Assembly: GCA_964658305.1 (NCBI GenBank)
Contig: OZ210884.1
Coordinates: 8,122,001 to 8,186,000 of the forward strand
Reading direction: 5' to 3'
Length of the DNA: 64,000 nt
From: Leptogorgia sarmentosa
Taxonomy: Eukaryota
In this document: piece by piece, positions 51,301 through 61,384 of the stretch
How positions within the stretch are numbered: the first letter of the stretch is position 1
Layout of the letters: the number at the start of each line of letters is the position of its first letter
The notes under the pieces: model-generated
What the model saw: only the letters and a program-made list of their open reading frames with translations
The model's database searches: none
What the model was told of the DNA's origin: nothing
Made by a program: the position numbers and the translations under genes

Positions 51301-54300
51301 GAAATAGTAGCTGTAAAAGTACATGTGGTAAAAGAATCTTTTGTTCGTCCAGTGCATAATATTAATTGCTAAAATGATGTTTGTGAACAATTATATGCTT
51401 GAGAAACAAAATAAGTCACGTCTGAAAGCGTCCGGCTTCATTACGCAAGGTAGTTTACTTGACACAAACATTGGCAAGAACAGAGATCTTATTGATGCTG
51501 ATCGGTTAAAAATTACGTCAATGTTAGGCAGTGGCAAGTCTACGCTCGAAATAGCAAAAAATATGAATCGTGATCATAGAACCATCAAGAAATTTGTGTT
51601 TTCTGGCAAAAGCAAGAGAAAAACGCCAAAAAGAAGCCATTTGAGAAGGCTATCCCATAGGGACATTCGCAAAGTAAAGATTGAGATTGCAAAGACACCC
51701 CACGCAACAAGTAAAACAATATTTGACAACGCTGGCGTCCCAAAAACGGGGAAAACGGCCCGATGCCAAACTCTGAAAAGTCTCGCCAAAGTGATGAAAC
51801 CAATAAAACAACCTCCATTAACCAAAATTCATAAATCGAAAAGGTTAGAATGGGCTCAAAGGTATATGAAGACAGATTTCAAGAATGTGTTGTTCACAGA
51901 TGAGTGCCGTGCTACCCTCGATGGACCGGATGGTTGGTCGTCCGGTTGGATACTCCATGGTCGTCAACCCGAAGTTAGGATGCGTCGTCAACAAGGTGGG
52001 TGAGGGGTAATGTTTTGGGCAGGAATCAAAGGAGGCTCCATTATTGGACCGTTCAAAGTCGAGCAAGGGGTTAAAATTAATTCAGAATCTTACTGCGAGC
52101 TCCTTAACAAATACCTCATGCCTTGGTTGGAGGAGCAGCCTCTGTCTCTGTGGAGAACCATGATTTTCCAGCACGACAATGCCCCCGCGCATAAATCGAA
52201 GTACACCTCTGAATGGCTTAAAAAAGCTGGCTTCAACAACGACAAGGTGATGATGTGGCCTCCGAATAGCCCGGATTTAAATCCTATCGAGAACTTGTGG
52301 GCCATCATCAAGAGAAGAGTATATTGCAATGGAAGGCAATTTACAAACTTGAATGACCTCTGGAATGCTATTAAAAAAGTATCAGCATCGATAACACCTA
52401 CTGAAGTATCAAATCTTACCACTTCGGTTGACCAACGCCTTGTGAAAATTCTAGGAAATAAGGGATGTCATGTTCATGCATAATAGCATGACATGTGAAT
52501 TTATCGCTTTCATCGTACAGCCACATTTTCCAAACCAGATTGAATTTTTGTGTTTCGCATGTTGTTGGCTGATGGTTTTTAATAATAAAGTATTTTGCAG
52601 CTATTTGTTTTGTGATATGAGCCCAATATCAGCCGTGAAATATCGTAAATGGCAAGTTGCATAATCAGAGCGAACGCCAGTTTTTACATTATTTCACAAA
52701 GTGGTGTGATTAAAATTGATTTGTTGTAATATTTTAATATTTTGGTTTATAAAATTTACATTTTAAAATGTGATATATTCATCTACAGTTGCAATTTTGA
52801 AAACGGGTAGCTGAAGAAAGTTCCAGCATGTATATTAAGGATTTGCATAATCAAAACGAACGTACTGTAGTTAAGTGCGAAAATTGACCAATCAGAAACG
52901 CGTATTTCAAAGTTAACTACCATTTAACTACAAAACGGATAGTTAAGAGTTTTATACAACCGACCCTGGTTGTCTTTAGCGTCACATGTACTTCAGTATT
53001 TCTAATTCTTTTTTACTTTCATATTGCAGGTGATGAGAATGGCGAGAAAAGTTTGGTGAGAAATGATCCAGCATCAAGATCGCCAACTCGCGGTGTTGGC
53101 AAGAAATCTTCGCAAGCTGTAAGCTATCAAAAATATACTGTGTACATGTTATTGACTGGGCGTGAGGTCCGTACTGGAGGATACTGCACGGTCGAGTTCG
53201 TTTTTCCCGTGTCCTCTAAAATTTTATTGGCTACCAAGAAAAAAGAACAAAATGTTCAAACATGTTTTTAATTTATTTCGTCTTCGTTGTCGCTCAATTC
53301 AATAAACAACCGACGTCGCTAAACGTGAGCGGTCCGTACTGCAGGTTACCGATCGCTCAGAAACCAATCAGAATGCTGTATTTTAGCAGATGGACTGTTC
53401 AGAAACACTTTCCATATAATAATTTACATTAACAATGAAAGTAAAATTGTTTGTTTCTTTAGGTTGCCCCCTAAATTCAAAGATAACTTGATTATATAAA
53501 GTGACTTTATTTTCGTCCTCATAAACTGTCACCTCATATAGAAATCTCGAGCTGATGATGTAATTGTTAAACATAGTATTTCTCTTTTTAATTTTAGTCC
53601 GATCGATCGCCAAAATTTGATCGAAAGGTTTCACTGAAGGTATATTTCTTTCCCTGTTCGATGCGCAGTAGTCACACTAGGCTGCACAACAGTATCAAAG
53701 CGCAGCAAAGTTCTATTCACTACATAATATAAACGATACAGTGAGATTCGACTTTCAAGAAAAGGCTCATTATCAGGGAATAGTTTCAAAATCTCGTATC
53801 ATTCAGATAGCGCGAGTAGAACTTTTGTCCTTCATTTTTGCTGCATCTGCTACCTACACTAGGCACGTATGGAAGTTTGTTTGTGCCATGGTATGCGTAG
53901 TAGCATTGTGAAGCAGCCTTCGAGGTTTTCCACGAGTGCTGATTGAAAATTTGTATTGCTGCAGGAAATGAAGAAAAGTTACCAGCATGAGAAGCGACGT
54001 ATGGCAAAGAAAGTTACCAGCGCTTTACTTGATCCTGCGGTGATAATATTATCATCATGGCTGAAGGTTTGACCTGATTATCTTTCCGAAATATTCCAAT
54101 AAAAAAATTGTAATATTCTTACTTGATTTGTTTAACTCGCAAACATAAAGGCCAGTTAGCTACATTAAATCTTAGTAACAATACTGAACTAAATTTGCAC
54201 ACTATGTAGATCAGAGGAACGTTGAAAAACTGGGCGAGATTTTGGTGTTTAGTCAAACCTGGTGCTTTGATTATTTACAGAAATGATAAGGTAACTACTA

Positions 54301-57300
54301 TTATAATTGGCGTGAGCTGTTGCATACACCTTACCATGTTTTTCTTGAATGTAATATATGTAATGTGTTTATAATGGCAAAGAAATATATAATATATAAT
54401 ATAATAATTCGTAAACAGGATTAATTATATGTGGCTTTTCAAAATTCCCTTTAAGGAATAGAAAACATTTTCCTATGTTTACATCGAGTTATGTAAACAC
54501 GAGTGCGATGTTTTCCTATGTTTCCACACATTTCGAGCTCTCCCAAACTTGCACGAGTGTTTGCATGACACAATATAAACATAGGAAAATGTTTTCTATT
54601 ATTTTTATATAATAACGACGGCTCTTTTATGCGGCGCTTGTTTCTCTCTGTGCTTCTTGTCGAATAACGTCGTTGTTTTTATGCAGGAGGAACAGTGGGT
54701 TGGAACAGTAATTTTGAATGGTTGTGAAGTCATTGAACGACCGTCTAAGAAAGAAGGATTTTGTTTTAAAATTTACCATCCTCTGCAAAATTACATTTGG
54801 GCTACGAAGGTGAGGTTCGGGAAGACTGCAAGTCTTTAGAGGCTCTTTAATTACATGGTTGCCGGTTTATCTGCCAAGCGAAAAGTTGAAAAGTTGAACT
54901 GGTTAAGAAACGTCTTTGTCCACGGAGCAAAACAACGAAATCATTCCAGGAAGTCAATTCTGGAGGGTGGGGGGGGGGGGGGGGAGGGATCGCCTCAAAT
55001 TATCGAGCTGACTCATTGGGTGATTCCATTGTCTGACTTCACAAAGAGTTCACATATGCTTACAAGGCGGGTTTGAAGTTTAAATCTAGATTCAAAATAT
55101 GAGCTGCAGTTGTTGTCCAGTATAGAGATATACATAGAGAGAGCTGGCTAACTCTCTTGCCCAGTGCTTTGGCCGAGTGGTCGCTCCTAATAATGCTCCA
55201 TGGCTGATGAGAAACAAGTGCATTATAGTTGGGAGAATATGCACTTATTACAAAGCTCTACAATGTGTTTGTTATGACGTCATGTAGGGACCGCGAGGTG
55301 AGATTGCAGGAGCTTTGGTTGGCATTCCTTTACCAAAAGATCACTTAATCCTACGAGCTGCTTCAGAATCTGACGGTGAGAAGTTATTAAAGCCACTGTA
55401 CACGAAACTAGAGAGTTAATTTTGGGGAGGGGGGTTGGGTGTATACTGTATATTTCTTTTGCAAAGCCTCTAGTGACGCTTTATACAAATCGTTTTGGAT
55501 AACCCTATTCACCCTTCGTTCAACCGATCCCTGGGTTTGTAAGAATCGGCAAGAGATTTTCAGGGCAAAATTTCAGTAATTTTACCCTATTTGTAATGTT
55601 TGCTTTATCACTCAGGCAAATGTTGGTTGGACGCTTTAGAGGTATCACATAAGCAGGCTTACAATATGCACCGAGACAATAAAGGAATGTAAGTATGGAT
55701 ACTTAATAGCTTTTTACCGTGTCTTCCCATTAGGCTTTGCGCTTTTTGAGTTTATGGTTTGGAAAGGATAACATTTTTTGAAATAGCTTTATGACCGTAT
55801 TGTTGCGATGTTCATCTTGGCACAGCTATTCCAGAATGCGTCACGATTTCTTAGAAAGCTAAACTCTGTGAGCCATCTGACGCTATATATTTGTACTTTG
55901 TGTAGGGTAAGCGATCTTTATGGTAAATTGACTTCATTTGAAGATCTAGAAGAAGAAACAACACAAGGTATAGTCAAGGATACTACATAAAATTATATGA
56001 CATATTTCTGAACTTTTTTTGGTTTACAAATGTGTACGTGTGAGTATTTTAGTCACACCGTGTGACTAAAATACTGCAATGCGTTGTCTAGATAGGCTCC
56101 ATAATTATTGATGAATTCTACAAGTGTTTATATTGTCTTCCTTGTTTTGCAGCCATTGGTCGCTTACGTGGAGAACGAGACATCGATGAAATAAGTAACG
56201 ACGCTATGGTAAGTTATACTGGACCACTTTCAGTTGTCAGGGGCCAGTTGTATCAAAGGCGTTTAGCTTAAACGGTGGATAAACAAAATTTTAAAAACAC
56301 TCCTATTCGTTTTGTAAATAATTGAACTTAAATCTTATATCAAGTGAATGTGTAGTTCTATGGATAGTTGTTATGTTTAGACAGAAATGTTTAGTTTTCT
56401 TTAAGTCAATAGTTCACAATTTTGCTTAAAATTTTTTACTTATCCACCGATTAAGCTAAACGCCTTTGATACAACCGACCCCTGGCAAATATATATTATT
56501 AACATTATGAATTATCATTTTCTTATAGGACAAATCAGATTCTGAAGACGAAAATCTAGATCAAGACATTAAAGGTACTATGATCTGAGGCCCCCTCTTT
56601 GTTTCTATCCTGCCCCCTTTAGTCTTATCGTCCAAGGGTCCCCTCTTTGGTGCCAGGTCGGTAGGGTCCCCCCCCCCCTTTGGCCTTATATGGTCAAAAG
56701 GTCCCGCCATGACTAATGTTCATTTCACATTTGCTAGTTCGACTTTGCAGGGGTCTAACTTTAGTTTCTGTTTGTTATTCCAGATGAAGGTGATGATGGA
56801 CCTCATGTGGAGACAACGTACCAGGAAGAAAATGAACCAGAATATCTTGGAGAGGTAAGTGTAGCCTTTAATTCTTTGTGTGGCGATATGCAAATTTAGC
56901 GATCGTAAATAATGGGAAATAAAGAAACAAAAATATATAGGCAATGATCGCTCATTTTGTATATCATTTTATCAGCGCAAGCTAAATTGTACTCGTTTCT
57001 GGCGGAAATGGATATTAAATCACTTAAACCGCGTAAATTTTGAATTTCAGTTGACTGGGAAGTAGAACGAAAATCGATCCATTGGAGACATTTTAAGTCT
57101 TAGATAGATGTGTTACCGTCATTTTATCTTGCTTGATAATATTTCTCTCCCAATATTTCTCTTTACATCACCATAACGTCGAAATGGAGTGAGGGAGGGA
57201 AGAGGGGGCACTGCAGTTCACGATTTTAGTGATGAAATTACCTCCTGAATTATCTTTCCATTCAATTTTTTTCGTTGGTATTTAGTCAGGCGAGGCGACC

Positions 57301-59510
57301 GAGGACATGGAGGATGAGGGTAAAAGTATTTTGTGGAGTTTGATGAAACAGGTAAATTTATTTGTATCCTAATTAGTTTTTACTTGTTTACAATTGTTTA
57401 CTTGTTTACCTACACTGGCCACATTGTTGAGTTTGTTTTTTGACTTATGTCCTAATTTTGTATGCTAGATGAATTGATGTTTTAAAGCAACATATGCGTA
57501 TGGTATTTTAGTTTTTCATGTTTTCTTCTTTCATTCAAAGGTGAAACCTGGTATGGACTTGTCTAAAGTCGTTCTGCCAACATTTATTCTTGAACCACGA
57601 TCATTTCTTGATAAATTATCAGATTTTTATTATCATGCTGACCTTCTGTCAAAGTAAGTTTGATGATAGCGAGGTCTTCATTACTGCTCTCATGATTATT
57701 GACCAATCAGATGCTGTTGTTCTATCTGATTAGCCAATCGGATGCCTCTTTATAACCACCAGCCGAATCTAAATACTGATTTAAACTGATTAAAAACAAC
57801 AACCGTTGTGCTTCTTGAAAGTGGGATTGGAGATCAAAAACTGGCCTCAGTGGTGGCTCAAGTGACGGTTATACGAAGGATATTTTGAAACGGCGTAATG
57901 TTTCGTGCCACCAAAACATCGAATGCTACAGCGCATATTTGACACTAGAATAAAATTATCAATGACGATTCCAGCTATAGACTAAATTTTAGTCCAGGTG
58001 GAAAGAAGAAATCTACCACCACAACTAGAAAAAGCGTCTTGAAATGTGTAAATTTGTATTTACAGTAAATTTTCGTTGTTTACTCCCAGGGCTGTGAAAC
58101 AGGAAAGTCCTTATGATAGAATGAAGCTTGTTGTAAAATGGTATCTTTCTGGATTTTACAAGAAACCAAAGGTACGTTTTTTAGGCTTGATTCGAAGAAG
58201 ATTAAGTGTCCTAAACCCTAGCTCAGACAAAAAGTCACGAGCCTCTATCGCATGTTCGTGTACTTAAGAATGAAGATTTCTGCAAACACATGCTCATTTT
58301 CATGCTTATCCTCAGTCTGATGCTCATTGTCATTCTTATTTATTCTCTGTGTAGGGTTTGAAGAAGCCGTACAACCCAATTATCGGTGAAAAATTTCGCT
58401 GTTACTGGAAACACGAGGAGACTGGAACGAGAACATTCTTCGTGGCAGAACAGCTATCTCATCATCCTCCCATATCTGGATTTTATGTCGCTAACAGACA
58501 GGATGGCTTTGTCGTCAACGGTTGTATTTTAGCCAAATCCAAGTTTTACGGTAAGGATATTTGGCATTTACTGTAGGTATAAAATATTCAGATACTTCAA
58601 AGTGGTACCTGCATTCCATGTACCATTCTTAACAGAATGAATTTTAACTTTAGACTAAACTTTGATATCGGCGGGAAGAACAAAATCTACCTATTTCACC
58701 AGGGTATATTTTTTGCATTTTGCAAAAATTGCCAAACAATCTTTGTAATTTTACTAATTTAGCTAAATATTCTCTATCTAGCTGGATATTGAATTTTATT
58801 CTTGTTTTTCTTGCCTAGGTCATTATTTAGTCTATACGCCGTGTCCCCCCAAAAAGTGACATCTATAGAAATCAGGTTTTTTGTTGTCAAACGTGCGTTG
58901 TTATGCCTTTGAGAATATAATTGAATGGCTCATGAACGACAGAAGTATTTATAACAGCACACGCTTTTGTTGCTGTTTGTCAGAAGCTAATTTAAATTTC
59001 CAGAGATGCAATAACCCGAGATTAATAACAGAAGAGGGATTTCTATAGAGGTCACTTTTTTGGCACCCTGTAGAACTTGAAACTAGCATTAGCAACCCAT
59101 CATTCTGTTATAATATTAGGTAATTCAACCTCTGCCATAATGGATGGTTTGGCCACATTGACATTATTGCCTCATGGTGAGGATTACGTCATCTCTATGC
59201 CGTATGCTCATTGTAAAGGTAAGTATCTAGTTGACAAATGCCAGAATTTAACCGGGTTTTTATTCGATAAATACTCTCTAAGCGATGCCAGATAATGCAG
59301 GATTTCGCCCCATATCTCCTCACTCCAAAGTTTTTTGTTATCGCCCTTGTTATCGAGGTAAAAAGAGAAATACGTAAACTGTTTCTTTTCTACTGCTTTT
59401 TCACTTTATTAGGTCTACTTATTGGTACTTTAACTATGGAATATGGTGGTACTGTGAAAATAGAATGCGAAAAGACTGGCTACCATACCGAAATCGAGTT
59501 TAAGTTAAAG
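45386..59510 (+). CDS. OSBPL8: Oxysterol-binding protein-related protein 8/5 (PH + ORD); 3' part not found in the window
   Basis: Exons 45386-45398 and 46676-46747 (both tentative), 53030-53118, 53598-53639, 53965-54066 ([14 protein letters not shown]), 54210-54290 ([15 protein letters not shown]), 54687-54809 ([18 protein letters not shown]), 55288-55375, 55616-55688, 55906-55967, 56153-56208, 56529-56574, 56784-56854, 57286-57351, 57541-57653 ([24 protein letters not shown]), 58090-58171, 58355-58550 ([18 protein letters not shown]), 59120-59218, 59413-59510 (EIEFKLK). Confidence 0.92.
48501..48538 (-). ncRNA. Minimal type-I hammerhead ribozyme motif (Penelope-like type, U4C core variant)
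   Basis: Minus strand reads attc-CCGACGA-a-ggcc-cttc-ggtc-GAAA-cg-TC-gaat. Stem I attc/gaat, stem II ggcc/ggtc, palindromic acgt stem III. Confidence 0.55.
49590..49932. repeat. Composite repeat (tcatccacttttatcaactc tandem plus ctcatcctcgtttgaccgg units)
   Basis: Several adjacent imperfect 20-bp copies, then repeated cgtttgacc motifs. A fragment also occurs near 29392-29420. Confidence 0.65.
51241..52867 (+). mobile_element. Full-length Tc1-like transposon (DD37E / TRT-type)
   Basis: TA|cagtacgttcgctttgattatgcaaatc ... gatttgcataatcaaaacgaacgtactg|TA. 28-bp TIRs with one mismatch; 1627 bp. Confidence 0.92.
51470..52483 (+). pseudogene. Tc1-family transposase with one in-frame nonsense codon
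   Basis: Single frame: HTH region, [29 protein letters not shown] (TGA 52001-52003), [24 protein letters not shown]. The likely ancestral start now reads ATT GGC AAG. Confidence 0.88.
56241..56482. mobile_element. PIF/Harbinger-like MITE
   Basis: cag|gggccagttgtatcaaaggcgtttagcttaaacggtggataa ... ttatccaccgattaagctaaacgcctttgatacaaccgaccc|ctg. Confidence 0.8.
58837..59070. mobile_element. Tc1/mariner-type MITE
   Basis: ta|cgccgtgtccccccaaaaagtgacatctatagaaatc ... gatttctatagaggtcacttttttggcaccctg|ta. Confidence 0.65.
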
Positions 59511-59742
59511 GTAAACAACATTCTTATTCTTAAACGGTAAGGATAAGCCTATTTCGTAAGGTAAGGATATGCCTATTTGGTAAGGTAAGGATATGCCTAT
59601 TTTCCCAGATGTGTTAGGGCAGGGTTGGACTTATTTTTGGTGGGTGCAAGGGGGGGAGGGGTGGAGCTGTGGCCACAACGAGGCAACAAGACACACACTC
59701 ACCAGATTTTCGTAGATCCATAGTGGCCTTCTTCTACGCAGG

Positions 59743-60283
59743 CAGTGGCGCCGGCAAGGGGGGGCAAGGGGGGGCAACTGCCCCCCCAATGTTTTCCAAA
59801 TAGTAGTCTTCATTTTTATAATGAAAAAAAATGAAATTGGGAAAGCACAATTATCCAGTGGCGTAGGAAGCCGCGACGGGGTGCAGGGGGGCCGAAATAT
59901 CTTTCGCCCCCCCCCTCCCGCATTAAGAGCTGGACCAGCTGTTGTATTTGGTTTGTAAACTGTGCGATTAGTTCGCAAGCTGTGGTTGTACTACATCTAA
60001 GACCTCTATATACTTTATTCTGAGTGTTAAGGCTTTGGTTAACACTCTGAAATGGCCGTTTTCGGCGATCTAGAGGCTCTAAATTCTCAAAATTTTCTCG
60101 CTCGACGCCAACCATGGTGGCGTCTCGTGAGACTCGGCAGACTCAGCCCCCACCCACTTTAAAAATATACCTACGCCACTGCAACTATCCGTCATGTAAG
60201 TGATCATTTATATCAAAACTTTGCTTGTCTATTGCGTAATGGGGTCATTGCCCCCCCAAAAAAAAATCCTGGCGGCGCCACTG
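59743..60283. mobile_element. hAT MITE (outer element of a nested pair)
   Basis: cagtggcgccg...cggcgccactg with a perfect 8-bp TSD tacgcagg (59735-59742 / 60284-60291). Confidence 0.85.
59856..60181. mobile_element. hAT MITE (inner element of a nested pair)
   Basis: cagtggcgtagg...cctacgccactg with 8-bp TSD caattatc / caactatc. Confidence 0.8.
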
Positions 60284-61384
60284 TACGCAGGCTAAAGGTG
60301 TCCCAAAAAAACGGAACCTGCATAAATTAATTATGCATTTGTTGACATTTTTATTCATATCAAGCATTTGTCAATATGAACACAACAAAGTTTGGGGAGT
60401 GCATTATTAGGTCATTTGGAATGTTCTTTCTGCTAAAAATTTCGATACACAAGGCCTTTGAAAAAAGGATATAAAGAAAGTGTCCGTAGGTTGTGTTACC
60501 ACTCACTGCCTGGAGTTCTGTTAATATTACGTAGCTCTAAAATACGATATAGGCAATATGATTGAAGGAAACTAAGATACAGATCAATGTGCAAAGACGC
60601 CACATTTCGTGAACCTAAATTCACTGTAGAACCACATGACCAGATTACCTTCATGCGGTATCCTTGATTTTCAACCTGTCACCACATGGCTCTATTCCGT
60701 TACACGGGACGATTTTTAACGACGATTCGCAATGCAAATGAAATTGCGCGAGATTCAACATTTTCATAAGTTATGGCTCATTTCTATACCTTAAAATCAT
60801 TTAACGCTTCATAAACCAAAGTTATGCTGTGCTTATGCAAAGTATTCCAGGTCAAGATCAATTATCTCCATTTCAGTAGTGACAAGTTGTCACTTAGCAT
60901 AAATTACATGCTCGTTGAAACACACAGCCGATTTATGCAGTAAATGTATTTGCTGATCGGGGAGACGCGAACAGGGAACGTATAGTTTACCTGTATTTTT
61001 GCACGGCTAGACCAATTACGGATTAGATACTTTAACATACACTTCTAGCATGTGATATGTCGTAATGAACTTAAGTGCCTTTTGGGTCTGTTTAACTATT
61101 CATGAGTTAAATAATGAAGATGACCGGGGGCGTATTTGAAATTTGAAAACTTGCATTTAGCTTGTATAGAAAAATTTATAAACTGTACTATAGGGTGTGA
61201 ACCTTGCGATCAGTGACCTTGAAATTCTGTGCATGGTTTTACGCAACATTCTACGCCTGATACACCTATATATATACTGTATACGTATAAGTGCCTGTTC
61301 ACACGTGCATCTCCGCATATCCACGTTTCCACGCCCGCGTTCTTCTGTAACCTGAAACATTCGTACAGTATAGCTTCGGCATCG

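Noticed and set aside
52001..52003. In-frame TGA in the transposase as selenocysteine or programmed readthrough
   Set aside because: It falls in a Gly run (GGA>TGA by one substitution) in a transposon copy. A simple nonsense mutation is more parsimonious and no SECIS was recognised.
51574..52422. Antisense ORFs over the transposase
   Set aside because: Shadow frames of the transposase coding sequence with no independent features.
61229..61384. Upstream extension of the P450 ORF (and its tail 61836-61951)
   Set aside because: GTG-initiated, non-P450-like sequence. The presequence begins at ATG 61385 and a donor at 61836 leads to exon 63545.
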